Sequence record: NC_028448.1
Source: Escherichia phage slur14
DNA length: 64,000 nucleotides
Reading direction: 5' to 3' (one strand)
Positions 1 through 9,921 of the stretch are shown here, piece after piece (position 1 is the stretch's first letter; the number at the start of each line of letters is the position of its first letter). The notes beneath the pieces are model-generated. The model had not been told where the DNA came from. It made no database searches and saw only the letters and a list, made by a program, of their open reading frames with translations. The position numbers and the translations under genes are program-made.

Positions 1-2691
1 ACTGCAAATGCCCATCTTTGGTTTGAAAATACAAATGGCTCAGAACGTGGCGTTTTATATTCAAAACCGCAGTCTGAAAATGAAGGCGTAATTACAATGC
101 GTGTTCGTCAAGGAACCGCTGCGGGAGCTCAAAATTCAGAATTTCATTTCATTTCTACTGATGGTGGTATCTTCCAGGCACGCAAATTAACTGCTTTAAC
201 TTCTATTAGTACACCAACTATTAGTGTTAATTTAATTAATCATGATTCTAAAGCCTTTGGACAATACGATTCACAATCATTGGTTCAGTATGTTTATCCT
301 GGAACTGGTGAAACAAACGGTGTAAACTATCTTCGTAAAGTTCGATCTAAGTCAGGCGGAACTATTTACCATGAAATTTGTACAGCTCAGACTGGACTGG
401 CAGATGAAATGTCATGGTGGACTGGTAATACACCGTTATTTAAACTATATGGTATTCGTAACGACGGTAGAATGATTATTCGCAATAGCTTGGCCATTGG
501 TACTGTGACGCAAGGGTTTCCGTCAAGCGATTATGGAAATGCTGGGGCACTAGGAAATATATTTCTTGCTTTAGGCGATAATGGAACTGGTCTAGTTTAT
601 AGAAAAACTGGTGTATTTGATTTCGTTGGTTCTGGTTTATCTTTGGCATCTATCACACCTGATAGTTTCCGTAGTACTCGTAAAGCAATATTTGGACGCT
701 CAGAAGACCAAGGTACAACATGGATTATGCCTGGAACGAACGCTGCATTTTTATCAGTTCAAACACAAGCTGATGAAAACACTGCTGGAGACGGTCAGAC
801 ACATATTGGCTATAACTCAGGCGGAAAAATGAACCACTATTTCCGTGGTAAAGGCAAAACTAATATTAATACTCAAGAAGGCATGGAAGTTAACCCGGGT
901 ATTTTGAAATTGGTAACTGGCTCTAATAACGTACAGTTTTATGCCGACGGAACAGTATCTTCAATACAAAGAATTAAATTTGATAACGGATTAGTTCTTA
1001 CTGGTGCTAGACCCGACGGTATTCAACTTGACGCTCCTACAACAACAGATGGCACTAAAACTATATTGTGGGCCGCCGGTACTCGCCCAGGTCAGAATAA
1101 AAGTTATCTATCTATCAAAGCATGGGGTAATGCCTTTAATGCATCTGGCAATCGTGCTCGTGAAACAGTTTTTCAAGTATCAGATGGACAAGGTTACCAT
1201 TTTTATTCTCAACGAGTTGCTCCCGGATCAGGTTCTACCGTCGGACCTATTCAATTTCGAGTTAATGGTGGTTTATTAACTTCTGGTGGTATTACATCAT
1301 CTGGTTCTATTGTTACTGAATCAAGTTTAGTTGCAAATAATGGATTATCTGTAAATGGTCAGGCTAAATTCGGTGGAACAGCAGATGCGTTGAGAATTTG
1401 GAATGCTGAATACGGCGCTATTTTCCGTCGTTCAGAAACTAGCTTTTATATTATTCCTACTCTTAAAGACGCTGGTAAAAGTGGTGGAATAAGTAATTTA
1501 CGCCCATTTACCATCAATCTTGCAAATGGCAGTGTTATGATTGGTAATCATACACAAGCTGGAAAAAATTTGCTTACTATTGATAATGTATCAAAATTCG
1601 TTCAGACTGATGTTAGACTTCGTGTTAACATGGATTCTGACGGTATTGTGCTCAACGCATCATCTCAAGCATCATCTAACTTTATTCAAGGACGTAAAGC
1701 AGATGTAACAAAATGGTATTTAGGTATTGGCGATGGTGGTAATGTTGTTCGTATGCATAATTACACTTACTCCCACGGCATTGCATTGAATGCTGATACA
1801 GTCGATATTACTAAGCCTCTTAAAATTAATAATATTCGAATTGGTACTGACGGTAACATCACAGGTGGTTCTGGTAATTTTGCTAACTTGAATACCACAA
1901 TAAATAACCTTAAGACGGATATTGTCTCAAGTTATCCTATTGGTGCTCCGATTCCTTGGCCTACTGATACACCTCCTGAAGGTTATGCCATAATGGAAGG
2001 TCAAACATTTGATGCTGACTTGTATCCTAAGTTAGCTGCGGTGTATCCTTCCGGCACTCTGCCTGATATGCGTGGTCAAACTATCAAGGGTAAACCATCC
2101 GGGCGTGCTGTATTGAGTACAGAAGCAGACGGTGTTAAGTCACATAGCCATAGTGCAAGTGCATCAAGCACAGATTTGGGTACTAAGACCACTTCTAGTT
2201 TTGATTACGGTAGCAAAACGACTTCAAGCTTTGATTATGGTACTAAGACCAGTAATACCACTGGTAACCATAGCCATACAGTGAGTGGTAATACTAGTTC
2301 CGCTGGTGCGCACCAACACTCACAAACCGGTCCAAGGGGTACTAATAATCAACCCACAGGAATATATCCTAATGGATCTACTCGAATTAGCGGAACCCTG
2401 GTTGTTGGTTTTGGCCTAAGCAACGGTGTTGTGCCTGGTACAAGCCAATATATTGCAAAGTCGTCAACAGAAGGTAACCATACCCATACTTGGTCTGGTA
2501 CTACTAGCTCTACGGGTAACCACGCGCATACTGTAGGTATCGGTGCCCATAGCCATTCGGTCGGTATTGGTGCTCATACCCACACGGTAGCTATTGGTTC
2601 GCACGGACATACTATCACTGTAAATAGTACAGGTAATACAGAAAACACGGTTAAAAACATTGCTTTTAACTATATCGTTCGTTTAGCATAA
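1..2691 (+). CDS. 37: Long tail fibre distal subunit gp37 (5'-partial; reading frame open from window start)
   Basis: Frame 1 is open from nt 1 to the stop at 2691. C-terminus carries His-rich GxHxH repeats and ends [11 protein letters not shown], as in the T4 gp37 needle domain. Followed by gp38 and holin t. Confidence 0.9.
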   Translation, partial: TANAHLWFENTNGSERGVLYSKPQSENEGVITMRVRQGTAAGAQNSEFHFISTDGGIFQARKLTALTSISTPTISVNLINHDSKAFGQYDSQSLVQYVYPGTGETNGVNYLRKVRSKSGGTIYHEICTAQTGLADEMSWWTGNTPLFKLYGIRNDGRMIIRNSLAIGTVTQGFPSSDYGNAGALGNIFLALGDNGTGLVYRKTGVFDFVGSGLSLASITPDSFRSTRKAIFGRSEDQGTTWIMPGTNAAFLSVQTQADENTAGDGQTHIGYNSGGKMNHYFRGKGKTNINTQEGMEVNPGILKLVTGSNNVQFYADGTVSSIQRIKFDNGLVLTGARPDGIQLDAPTTTDGTKTILWAAGTRPGQNKSYLSIKAWGNAFNASGNRARETVFQVSDGQGYHFYSQRVAPGSGSTVGPIQFRVNGGLLTSGGITSSGSIVTESSLVANNGLSVNGQAKFGGTADALRIWNAEYGAIFRRSETSFYIIPTLKDAGKSGGISNLRPFTINLANGSVMIGNHTQAGKNLLTIDNVSKFVQTDVRLRVNMDSDGIVLNASSQASSNFIQGRKADVTKWYLGIGDGGNVVRMHNYTYSHGIALNADTVDITKPLKINNIRIGTDGNITGGSGNFANLNTTINNLKTDIVSSYPIGAPIPWPTDTPPEGYAIMEGQTFDADLYPKLAAVYPSGTLPDMRGQTIKGKPSGRAVLSTEADGVKSHSHSASASSTDLGTKTTSSFDYGSKTTSSFDYGTKTSNTTGNHSHTVSGNTSSAGAHQHSQTGPRGTNNQPTGIYPNGSTRISGTLVVGFGLSNGVVPGTSQYIAKSSTEGNHTHTWSGTTSSTGNHAHTVGIGAHSHSVGIGAHTHTVAIGSHGHTITVNSTGNTENTVKNIAFNYIVRLA

Positions 2692-2720
2692 GGAGAGGGG
2701 CTTCGGCCCCTTTTTATAAT
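2691..2720 (+). promoter_or_regulatory. SD (AGGAG) + GGGGC-UUCG-GCCCC hairpin + U-tract between gene 37 stop and gene 38 AUG; split RBS and/or attenuator
   Basis: Perfect 5-bp stem with UUCG tetraloop at about 2697-2710, sitting between the only SD-like sequence and the gene 38 ATG at 2721. Confidence 0.6.
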
Positions 2721-3272
2721 ATGAAACTCTATCATTATTATTTTGACACTAAAGAATTTTACAAAGAAGAAAATTATAAACCATTAAAAGGCGTAGGATT
2801 TCCGGCTCATTCAACACCAAAAAAACCTTTAGACCCTAAAGAAGGTTACGCTGTTGTATTTGACGAACGTGAACAAGAATGGGTATATATTGAAGACCAT
2901 CGTGGAAAAACAGTATGGACTTATGATAAGCAAAAAATTGTTATTGACACTCCAGGTGCTCTTCAAAATGTTACTACAGAAGAACCTGGTGAATTTGACA
3001 TTTGGACCGACGACGGGTGGAAGGAAGATGAAGCATATAAACGCGTAGTTCAACGTGATAAGAAAATTCATGAACTCTATAAATTATTCAGTGTTTTAAG
3101 TTCTCTTATTGACGCAGAGGTTGCTAATAGAGAAGAAAAACGAAAATTTAAAGAGCTCAAAAAATTCTTTGCCCTTTTAGAAAAACATGAACATCTTGGC
3201 GGCGAATTCCCTAAATTCCCTGACCTTGAAAACAAATCTATTATCAAAGCGATTATAAATATCTTTAAGTAA
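2721..3272 (+). CDS. 38: Tail fibre assembly protein gp38 (T4-type chaperone, 183 aa)
   Basis: 183 aa, the same length as T4 gp38, and positioned between gene 37 and holin t. Confidence 0.85.
   Translation: MKLYHYYFDTKEFYKEENYKPLKGVGFPAHSTPKKPLDPKEGYAVVFDEREQEWVYIEDHRGKTVWTYDKQKIVIDTPGALQNVTTEEPGEFDIWTDDGWKEDEAYKRVVQRDKKIHELYKLFSVLSSLIDAEVANREEKRKFKELKKFFALLEKHEHLGGEFPKFPDLENKSIIKAIINIFK
3254..3261 (+). promoter_or_regulatory. Late promoter TATAAATA upstream of holin gene t
   Basis: Exact TATAAATA about 20 nt upstream of the t start, followed by an AAGGAGG RBS. Lies inside the 3' end of gene 38. Confidence 0.65.
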
Positions 3273-3281
3273 GGAGGTATT

Positions 3282-3941
3282 ATGGCAACACCAAAAGTGT
3301 CATTTTCGCCTAGTGATATTCTATTTGGGTTGCTAGATCGTATTTTCAAAGATAACGCTACTGGAAAGGTTTTAATGTCCCGAGTAGCGGTAATTATTCT
3401 TTTGTTCCTAATGGCACTAATATGGTACAAAGGAAGTATTTTGCTGGATTATTATGTAAGAGCTAAGTATGATACTTATACTGAAATAATCCAAAAAGAA
3501 CGAGCTTTACGTTTTGAATCTGCGGCTCTAGAACAACTGCAAATAGTTCATATCTCATCTGGTGCAGATTTTAGTGCTGTGTATTCTTTCAGACCTAAAA
3601 ACTTAAATTATTTTGTCGACCTTATAGCTTATGAAGGCAAACTACCTAGCACAATTTCTGAAAAGTCCCTTGGTGGATTCCCGGTGGATAAAACGGCTAA
3701 TGAATATATAATTCATTTAAGTGGCCGTCATTTCTCATCTAAATCAGAATTTGCATTTTTGCCTACAAAATCTAAGACTGCCGAACTTTCTTATATGTAT
3801 AGTTGTCCATACTTTAATTTGGATAACATCTATGCTGGAACTGTGACGATGTATTGGTATAAGGGGAATAATATACTTGAGGAAGATCGCTTAGCGGCTA
3901 TATGCAACCAAGCGGTCCGAATACTAGGAAGGGCTAAATAA
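3282..3941 (+). CDS. t: Holin t
   Basis: 219 aa. Near-identical to the T4 holin as I recall it (start SFSPSDILFG, end ILGRAK), with an N-terminal TM segment. Confidence 0.95.
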   Translation: MATPKVSFSPSDILFGLLDRIFKDNATGKVLMSRVAVIILLFLMALIWYKGSILLDYYVRAKYDTYTEIIQKERALRFESAALEQLQIVHISSGADFSAVYSFRPKNLNYFVDLIAYEGKLPSTISEKSLGGFPVDKTANEYIIHLSGRHFSSKSEFAFLPTKSKTAELSYMYSCPYFNLDNIYAGTVTMYWYKGNNILEEDRLAAICNQAVRILGRAK

Positions 3942-4214
3942 TTAGTTGTTAGAATACATCGCTAAATGACGATAAATATTTTCAAAACCTTCATTGAATT
4001 CACTAATCAGTGTTTTCTTTTCTTCGGCAGTTAAATTTGTAATTAGTTTTCTGAACGAATTCTGATTTAGCTGCCGACCATCTTTTTTAATTCCAATCTC
4101 ATTCAAGAATCCGATGAAACTTGCTCGGTCTTCAACAATATCTTCCCTAGAGAATTTAATCAAAATAGAAGCAATAGTAATAATTTCGCGTACGATTTCA
4201 ATGTCTTTATTCAT
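3942..4214 (-). CDS. asiA: Anti-sigma70 factor AsiA
   Basis: 90 aa; MNK..VREIIT.ASILIKFSREDIVE... matches T4 AsiA as recalled. Confidence 0.95.
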   Translation of the reverse strand: MNKDIEIVREIITIASILIKFSREDIVEDRASFIGFLNEIGIKKDGRQLNQNSFRKLITNLTAEEKKTLISEFNEGFENIYRHLAMYSNN

Positions 4215-4260
4215 AACGTTTTATTCATTCCACTTAGTTGATATGGATATAGTACCATTA

Positions 4261-4422
4261 TCAGTGTTGATTGTAAACGGCTTTTTCTACGCTTTTAACG
4301 TAATCAATGTAGTCTTCCTGTTCATACGAGTGTAAGGCCAAGAATGGAACTAATAGTTCATTATAGACTAAAGCCTCACGCTCACGTTCGGCCTCTACTA
4401 CGTTCTGAAGATTATGACTCAT
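4261..4422 (-). CDS. Hypothetical small protein (about 54 aa from an internal ATG with AGGAAC RBS)
   Basis: The track ORF 4261..4476 is trimmed to the ATG preceded by AGGAACAAT, which avoids overlap with the upstream gene. Confidence 0.45.
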   Translation of the reverse strand: MSHNLQNVVEAEREREALVYNELLVPFLALHSYEQEDYIDYVKSVEKAVYNQH

Positions 4423-4711
4423 ATTGTTCCTTATAACTATCAATGTAGTCCTGTATGTCGAAGAATGACATTTCATATTCTAGGACATTAAGAGCCCGTT
4501 CTTCAGTATAGTCAGAACCAAAGACGATAGTGATTTCACCAGGCTTCATGTGATTGAAATCGACACTAAAAGGAATACGAGAACATACTTCGTCTGCCAT
4601 ATCTACGATAACACTACGACACACTTCTCGGTTAACCTGATAAAGCTCTGCAAGTTCTTCACATCGAATAACAAGTTCAGTGGCAGGATTTTCTTTGATT
4701 TTAGTAAGCAT
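4412..4711 (-). CDS. Hypothetical acidic protein (possible Arn-like anti-restriction protein; unverified)
   Basis: 99 aa, strongly acidic, in the T4 arn neighbourhood; AAGGG RBS. Confidence 0.5.
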   Translation of the reverse strand: MLTKIKENPATELVIRCEELAELYQVNREVCRSVIVDMADEVCSRIPFSVDFNHMKPGEITIVFGSDYTEERALNVLEYEMSFFDIQDYIDSYKEQYES

Positions 4712-4785
4712 AGTCTTTACCCTTATGTTTTTGTTTGCGTTTAGATTGAAGTTCTGATTTCTTCTTGTCCTTATGGACAGAAGCC

Positions 4786-5010
4786 TTATTGAAATCGTGT
4801 TTTGCTACAAGATTGTTCATAATGATTTATAACCTCATTTAAACATTTGTCTGTGAAAGAAAACTTTTTAGCCACAGAACATTCGATAATGTGCTCTTTC
4901 AAATCTTTAGAGTCAGTATATCCCATCTCAGTAATAAAGTGACGAATTAAAGCTTTATTCTTATCATTAACAGAATTAAAATAATCTGCTTTAGAATCAA
5001 TTATTCTCAT
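4786..5010 (-). CDS. Hypothetical protein (74 aa)
   Basis: ORF with an AAGGAAA RBS 8 nt upstream of the ATG. Confidence 0.5.
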   Translation of the reverse strand: MRIIDSKADYFNSVNDKNKALIRHFITEMGYTDSKDLKEHIIECSVAKKFSFTDKCLNEVINHYEQSCSKTRFQ

Positions 5011-5278
5011 CGTCTAATTTCCTTAATTGATATTGAAACGAGCTAATAATTTCTTCGTTCATTTTAATATACATGTCGCGCAAGAAAGGTTTTAACCCAT
5101 CACGAATAATTGCTAACGTATCACCTTTACATAAATTAACCAAATAAGGATGGTCTAAAGCATCCCAACCAGGCTGATTAGCATACATACCATAATTTTC
5201 TTCCATCATAGCATTCAGGCGTTTGATATGATTAATGTGGGCTTCAATAGCATCAATCTGGAGTTGTTTAAGATTCAT
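4997..5278 (-). CDS. Hypothetical protein (93 aa)
   Basis: ORF tightly packed in the arn-motA interval. Confidence 0.5.
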   Translation of the reverse strand: MNLKQLQIDAIEAHINHIKRLNAMMEENYGMYANQPGWDALDHPYLVNLCKGDTLAIIRDGLKPFLRDMYIKMNEEIISSFQYQLRKLDDENN

Positions 5279-5739
5279 TAGTAAAGGTCCTCAGAGTAAA
5301 GTTCTTTTTCATTACCACCACGTTCAATACGTACTTGTCCAGCGTAAGTTGCAATAATCATTGCTTCTTCACGTGTCCAATAATTACTATATTGGTCAAT
5401 AAACCCTTGGTCATCATTACAAACTTGTTGAGTAACTAATTGAGGTTTAACTACATCTAAAACTTCTGCCATATCTTTAGAATAATGACGAGCACCTGGA
5501 ATAATAAGAGTTCGTCCATCTTTTAATTTAAAACGGTTGGCTGCACAGACAATTCGTCGTTGATACTTTTGGTTTTCATCCCAATACACAGTCTGCCAAC
5601 AGATTTCAGGAACTTCATCTAAAACATTTTGTTCTGTATATTCACCACCGTAAGAAGCTAATTTAGCAGCCAGACTTTCCGGAGTCTCACGCGACAAAGC
5701 TTTATCTAACAGAGCTAAACGTTCTTTAAAAGTTTTCAT
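5278..5739 (-). CDS. Hypothetical protein (153 aa)
   Basis: ORF with stop/start overlap to neighbours. Confidence 0.55.
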   Translation of the reverse strand: MKTFKERLALLDKALSRETPESLAAKLASYGGEYTEQNVLDEVPEICWQTVYWDENQKYQRRIVCAANRFKLKDGRTLIIPGARHYSKDMAEVLDVVKPQLVTQQVCNDDQGFIDQYSNYWTREEAMIIATYAGQVRIERGGNEKELYSEDLY

Positions 5740-6065
5740 TTAAACCATCCTTTAATACGTTGCCACAAAGTTTTCTGTTGAGCTTTGTTAACACCAATTG
5801 AACGAATAACCGGTTGAGATTCCTGGAATTCTTTATAATCAGCAAGGTAAATTTCGTAAGCTGCATCAGTAAATGAACTTATCGCTGCCATAAAATTATT
5901 GCGAATACCTACTGGAGCATCTTTACTTTCACGAATAATCATGTATTTACCAGTCTTAATCTTTACGATAGTTCCAAGATAAGCTCCATGATACCAGATG
6001 TCCCACCCCTCTTGAGTGGGTTCTGCACAACGACGAAGTTCATTGACAATTTCTAACTTGTTCAT
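5736..6065 (-). CDS. Hypothetical protein (109 aa)
   Basis: ORF with ATGA-type overlap to the upstream gene. Confidence 0.55.
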   Translation of the reverse strand: MNKLEIVNELRRCAEPTQEGWDIWYHGAYLGTIVKIKTGKYMIIRESKDAPVGIRNNFMAAISSFTDAAYEIYLADYKEFQESQPVIRSIGVNKAQQKTLWQRIKGWFK

Positions 6066-6075
6066 TATTTATTCC

Positions 6076-6711
6076 TCACAGTTCAGATGCTACAGTGATT
6101 ACAGCTTCAATGTTTTCTGCCGAGCGTTTAATGTCAAGATACACATTACCGTTTTTAGCGATTTTACATGACATTCCGATATCAGTAAATTTCTGAATAT
6201 GATGTTCCATCATTTTGTATCCAAAAATTCGCATATTTCCATTGTTGTTAATTTCAAAATTACGAATTCCGTGAGTGCGTTTTTCTAAAATAGCGAGATA
6301 GTTACTGCGATAAGTTTCAACCTTTTTAAGAACAAATCCATTTTCATCTAAAAGTTTTAACATGAGGTCTTTATCTTCTTCCATATCGGAAGTAATCTCA
6401 CGAGCTTTACGAGTTGCTCGTTTTTTCAGCAGTTCCGGAGCATTTTCTTGTGCGTATAAAGTTGCTGCATTTGAAATAATATCCTGAGCTTCACCAGTAA
6501 TGATTAATCCATCACCAGATTTCTCCACCAGGCCTTTTTTAATCAATACCCCAATATTACTATTAACTACTGCGTTACCTAAATCTGGATGCACCTCACG
6601 AACTTCTGCAGCTGTAATGAAATCTTTCTTAGCAATAGTAATTAAAATCGCAGCAGTTTTTTCATTCAGAACATCGTTAGAAGCTTTGATGATGTAAGTT
6701 ACTTTAGACAT
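6076..6711 (-). CDS. motA: Middle transcription activator MotA
   Basis: 211 aa; MSKVTYIIKASNDVLNEK... matches T4 MotA as recalled. Confidence 0.95.
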   Translation of the reverse strand: MSKVTYIIKASNDVLNEKTAAILITIAKKDFITAAEVREVHPDLGNAVVNSNIGVLIKKGLVEKSGDGLIITGEAQDIISNAATLYAQENAPELLKKRATRKAREITSDMEEDKDLMLKLLDENGFVLKKVETYRSNYLAILEKRTHGIRNFEINNNGNMRIFGYKMMEHHIQKFTDIGMSCKIAKNGNVYLDIKRSAENIEAVITVASEL

Positions 6712-6752
6712 TTTCTAATCTCCGTAATTCTGTATCAGTAGTTGATAGTTGT

Positions 6753-6781
6753 ATAGTACCACAGTATGCTTTGGTTGTAAA
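6753..6781 (-). promoter_or_regulatory. Early promoter (T4-type; -35 TTTACA, 17-bp spacer, TGG-TACTAT -10)
   Basis: Minus strand reads TTTACA-N17-TACTAT with an upstream A/T tract. Member of the conserved early-promoter repeat family. Confidence 0.7.
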
Positions 6782-6801
6782 CCGTTTTGTGAAAAAATTT
6801 T

Positions 6802-6833
6802 AAAATAAAAAAGGGAGAGCCTCGGCTCTCCCT
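6802..6833 (-). terminator. Intrinsic terminator hairpin (GGGAGAGCC-loop-GGCUCUCCC + U-tract)
   Basis: 9-bp GC-rich stem followed by a T-run on the minus strand, directly after the stop of the 6838..6987 ORF. Confidence 0.65.
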
Positions 6834-6837
6834 AAAA

Positions 6838-6987
6838 TTACTGCATGAATGTGATAACTATCATGATAACACGTTGAATTCCGAACGCAAGAAGACCTCC
6901 TGCTACGGCTGGAACAACGCCTAAACCCGCCAGTAAAATGCTACCAGATACTAATGCAGCGCTTGTAATACCAATGAATGGACTCAT
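6838..6987 (-). CDS. Small hydrophobic membrane protein (about 49 aa; motA.1-like position)
   Basis: ORF found by hand (below the track size cutoff); its ATG overlaps the gene 52 stop (ATGA). Sequence is almost entirely hydrophobic. Confidence 0.5.
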   Translation of the reverse strand: MSPFIGITSAALVSGSILLAGLGVVPAVAGGLLAFGIQRVIMIVITFMQ

Positions 6988-8312
6988 TTGATTTCCTCTA
7001 AATCTTTGGTGTATTCTGTAACTACATCAGTAGTTTTCCAATATTCGTTTTCTTCTTTCTTAGCTTTAGCTTCTTCAGCAAGTTTCTTTGCTTCGTCGGA
7101 AGTCATATGAAAAATATTCATACCAACTAGTTTATCAACATAAGAAGAATACATCTCAATTTTAGAAAGTTCTTCGGTCAGTTCTTTACGAGTTTTACCC
7201 TGTACAACAATTTCACCTGAAATTACTTTCTTAATGAAATGCGCCTTGGCAAAGGCTAAACGAAATGCTGATTCAGTTTCTTTGATTTTGTTATCAATTC
7301 GTTTTTGGACATAAGTTTTACGAACTTCAACGAAGTCTTTGATTAAATCAACTACGTTATCGTAAACTTGCAGCTTTCCTTTCTCATTAATAACAGTAAT
7401 ATTCTGTGAACGACGCTCAATCAACCCGAAGTCTTTCATAATTTTAGCGTGACGTTCTTCTTCATTATCGCTCAAAGAGTATTCTTTGCGGAATTTAACT
7501 TTGAAGCCAAAACCATGCTCACCACAAGCATCATCCCACGTAATGAAGCCTTTATCTTCAAGCGGGTCTAAGATTTTACTCACATAAGTTTCACGATCAT
7601 ACTTATACGGAATCTCAGTGATATGCATTTGAGTTCGTGAAGTAAACTTATATGTTCCACGAATTTCATATTGCCCATCAATTTCAACGACTTCACCACG
7701 AAATTCTGGGAATTCTACCTTCGGTTTAGTTACTTTCTTTCCTTGAAGAGCTTGCAGTACAGCTTTCTTAACAGAAGAAACACTATGAGGAAGAATGTAA
7801 GTTGCATAACCAGTTGCAATACCGGAAACGCCATTAAGAAGAACAGTAGGAATAACAGGCAAATAGAAAGCAGGCGGAATGTGTTCTTTATCTTGATGTA
7901 CCGGAGCATATTCAGTATCTTTATATACGTTATAGAAATTTTTACTTACACGAGCAAAAATATAACGACTTGCTGCTGCTTTTTGAACGGTACGAGAACC
8001 AAAGTTTCCTTGACCATCTAACAGAGGAAAGTTATTATTCCAAGTATTAGCCATCAAAGCACCTGCGTCTTGCGCAGAGTTTTCACCATGATGATATCCA
8101 AGGTCCGCTACACCACCTGCAATAGAAGCGAGTTTGTGAAACTTATCTTTATTTCCTCGCGCCAAATCAAGAGCTCGAGCAATAACAAATCGTTGAACTG
8201 GCTTAAATCCATCAATCATATTTGGAATGGCACGATTTTCAACCGTGTACATAGCATAAGCCAATGCTTCATTATCAATGATACTTTTTAAATCGCGATT
8301 ATTCAGTTGCAT
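6984..8312 (-). CDS. 52: DNA topoisomerase II medium subunit gp52
   Basis: 442 aa, the same as T4 gp52; GyrA-like N-terminus. Confidence 0.95.
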   Translation of the reverse strand: MQLNNRDLKSIIDNEALAYAMYTVENRAIPNMIDGFKPVQRFVIARALDLARGNKDKFHKLASIAGGVADLGYHHGENSAQDAGALMANTWNNNFPLLDGQGNFGSRTVQKAAASRYIFARVSKNFYNVYKDTEYAPVHQDKEHIPPAFYLPVIPTVLLNGVSGIATGYATYILPHSVSSVKKAVLQALQGKKVTKPKVEFPEFRGEVVEIDGQYEIRGTYKFTSRTQMHITEIPYKYDRETYVSKILDPLEDKGFITWDDACGEHGFGFKVKFRKEYSLSDNEEERHAKIMKDFGLIERRSQNITVINEKGKLQVYDNVVDLIKDFVEVRKTYVQKRIDNKIKETESAFRLAFAKAHFIKKVISGEIVVQGKTRKELTEELSKIEMYSSYVDKLVGMNIFHMTSDEAKKLAEEAKAKKEENEYWKTTDVVTEYTKDLEEIK

Positions 8313-8316
8313 AAAT

Positions 8317-8457
8317 TTACCATACTAGTGAATGTAGTGCCATAATAACATCAGAAATGAAAAGCACGACTTGAATTAATCCGAACATTACTCCATAATA
8401 TAGTGCTATCAATAAAATAGCAAGGGCTAATGAATAGCCCAAGATTTTCTTAATCAT
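8317..8457 (-). CDS. Small membrane protein (about 46 aa; 52.1-like position)
   Basis: Hand-found ORF whose start overlaps the ac stop; hydrophobic. Confidence 0.45.
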   Translation of the reverse strand: MIKKILGYSLALAILLIALYYGVMFGLIQVVLFISDVIMALHSLVW

Positions 8458-8608
8458 TAGTAGATAACAACACAAATGTTAAATATGCACACATACCCTG
8501 AGCTAAAGCTTGCGAAAACACACTGCTGGCATCAATACAGATAGTTAAAACACATGCTACTATCCAACAAATAAATGAAATAACTCCTAATAATTTTGCA
8601 ATATTCAT
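8450..8608 (-). CDS. ac: Small membrane protein, Ac-like (acriflavine sensitivity)
   Basis: About 52 aa hydrophobic ORF with a GAGGAAAAT RBS, immediately downstream of stp as in T4. Confidence 0.5.
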   Translation of the reverse strand: MNIAKLLGVISFICWIVACVLTICIDASSVFSQALAQGMCAYLTFVLLSTND

Positions 8609-8615
8609 ATTTTCC

Positions 8616-8696
8616 TCACTGGCGTCCGAAGACGCCTTTGGTTTTAAGATTGTTACGATAGAACTGCATCACGTGTTCGTTATGGAAATTACTCAT
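8616..8696 (-). CDS. stp: Stp peptide (26 aa)
   Basis: Hand translation gives [26 protein letters not shown], matching T4 Stp as I recall it. Confidence 0.85.
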
Positions 8697-9154
8697 TAAT
8701 ATGCCTGCAAAACAAATTTAAAGTTATCAGCCAACATACGGTTCATTTCTTCAAGTGTTTGATACTCAGAATGATGATTACGAGTAAACGCCAAAGCTAA
8801 CTGACCTTTACCAAATCCCGTCGTCAGAGGTTTCATCTTAGAAGCAGGCAGATAAAATACTGTGTATGGAACATTGTTATTTGCAATAGTACGCGCAAGC
8901 TGAGACCGACGCTGACGAATATGACTTAGAACCGCACTGAATCCTTGCTTAGAACGCTGATTACCTACATAAAATCGTGCAGACACGCACGGATTACTAA
9001 ATGGACGACCATCTAATTTACACACTAAAAAGTAAAATCCAGGTTTAGATAAAATATCTTTATGTGGAACTCCCAAAAACCATTCACCGTTCTTGATTGT
9101 ACCAATAACGGTAGCGCCTGCGTTGTTCAGATCAGTAACAGTCATATATTTCAT
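8696..9154 (-). CDS. ndd: Nucleoid disruption protein Ndd
   Basis: Begins at the internal [16 protein letters not shown]... with a GAGGAAA RBS; matches T4 Ndd as recalled. The track ORF is extended upstream. Confidence 0.9.
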
Positions 9155-9214
9155 ATTAATTTCCTCTAAATTATTTTCTACTCCAAGGCCGCATGAATAC
9201 ACACGGCCATTAAA

Positions 9215-9430
9215 TTAATCGTCGCAGTCGACGCTCAATTCCCAGAATTCTTCTACGGTATAAGTTTCAGTATCATTTTCAATACAGAAACGTTCATTAC
9301 TATTATTTGCTAAAGTAGCATTAACTGTCGGTTTCTCGCTAGTGCTCTTAAGAGGTGAAATACGAATTAACTGATCACCGTTATCTAAACAAAAAATTTC
9401 ACCAACTTTTACATCTTTAAAACTTTTCAT
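9215..9430 (-). CDS. Hypothetical protein (71 aa)
   Basis: ORF in the ndd.x region. Confidence 0.5.
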   Translation of the reverse strand: MKSFKDVKVGEIFCLDNGDQLIRISPLKSTSEKPTVNATLANNSNERFCIENDTETYTVEEFWELSVDCDD

Positions 9431-9545
9431 AATTCACCTCAAGGAGTATAAAATCCAAATGCAGTTGTTGACCATCCCATCCAATATGGGAAATTTGCAC
9501 CAATGTAAAACATAAGAATATAAAACCAAATGTTTAGTAAATTCA

Positions 9546-9764
9546 TCATTTTACACCATTCCAAATTGTTTCAACTACGGATTTTAAACCATTTTGATGA
9601 ATATCAATTCCGACTACTGTCATCAAATAGATTCCAACTACAACTGAACCTAAGGCAAAAATCAGCATGAAAATGAATAAAGCCGGAAAAATATTATCGA
9701 AAAACCATTCAATAGATGTAAAAGCACTGCGTTTACGCTTCATATTTTCCTCACATAAATCCAA
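9546..9764 (-). CDS. Hypothetical small membrane protein
   Basis: Hydrophobic ORF; true start uncertain. Confidence 0.4.
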   Translation of the reverse strand: MDLCEENMKRKRSAFTSIEWFFDNIFPALFIFMLIFALGSVVVGIYLMTVVGIDIHQNGLKSVVETIWNGVK

Positions 9765-9864
9765 AGTAAACGTTTAATACATCAATCATTAAAACGATTG
9801 GGAATATACTCAAAACTATTAGTATTATAACTACATTCCATATAGCTTTAACAATCTTTTTCAT
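9751..9864 (-). CDS. Small membrane peptide (about 37 aa)
   Basis: Starts at the internal MKKIVKAIW... after a GGAGG RBS. The N-terminal part of the track ORF is a translated promoter. Confidence 0.4.
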   Translation of the reverse strand: MKKIVKAIWNVVIILIVLSIFPIVLMIDVLNVYFGFM

Positions 9865-9892
9865 TTTCTGTTCCTCCGTAGTTGATAGTTGT

Positions 9893-9921
9893 ATAGTACC
9901 ACAGAGGAACAGTCTTGTAAA
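9893..9921 (-). promoter_or_regulatory. Early promoter (conserved repeat copy)
   Basis: GTTTACAAGACTGTTCCTCTGTGGTACTATACAACTATCAACTACGGAGG on the minus strand. Confidence 0.7.

Noticed and set aside
611-1279. Track ORFs 611..832 and 1004..1279 on the + strand inside gene 37
   Set aside because: They lie in alternative frames wholly within the long gene 37 reading frame and have no RBS; chance ORFs.
4701-4820. Hand-found 39-aa highly basic ORF on the minus strand
   Set aside because: Overlaps the 3' end of the RBS-supported ORF 4786..5010 and has only a weak SD; kept as unlikely.
7671-8291. Plus-strand ORFs 7671..8021 and 8070..8291 inside gene 52, and similar antisense ORFs inside genes 39, 43, 46, dda, nrdD and others
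   Set aside because: Antisense to well-supported conserved genes, low-complexity translations, no RBS; typical spurious ORFs in AT-rich DNA.
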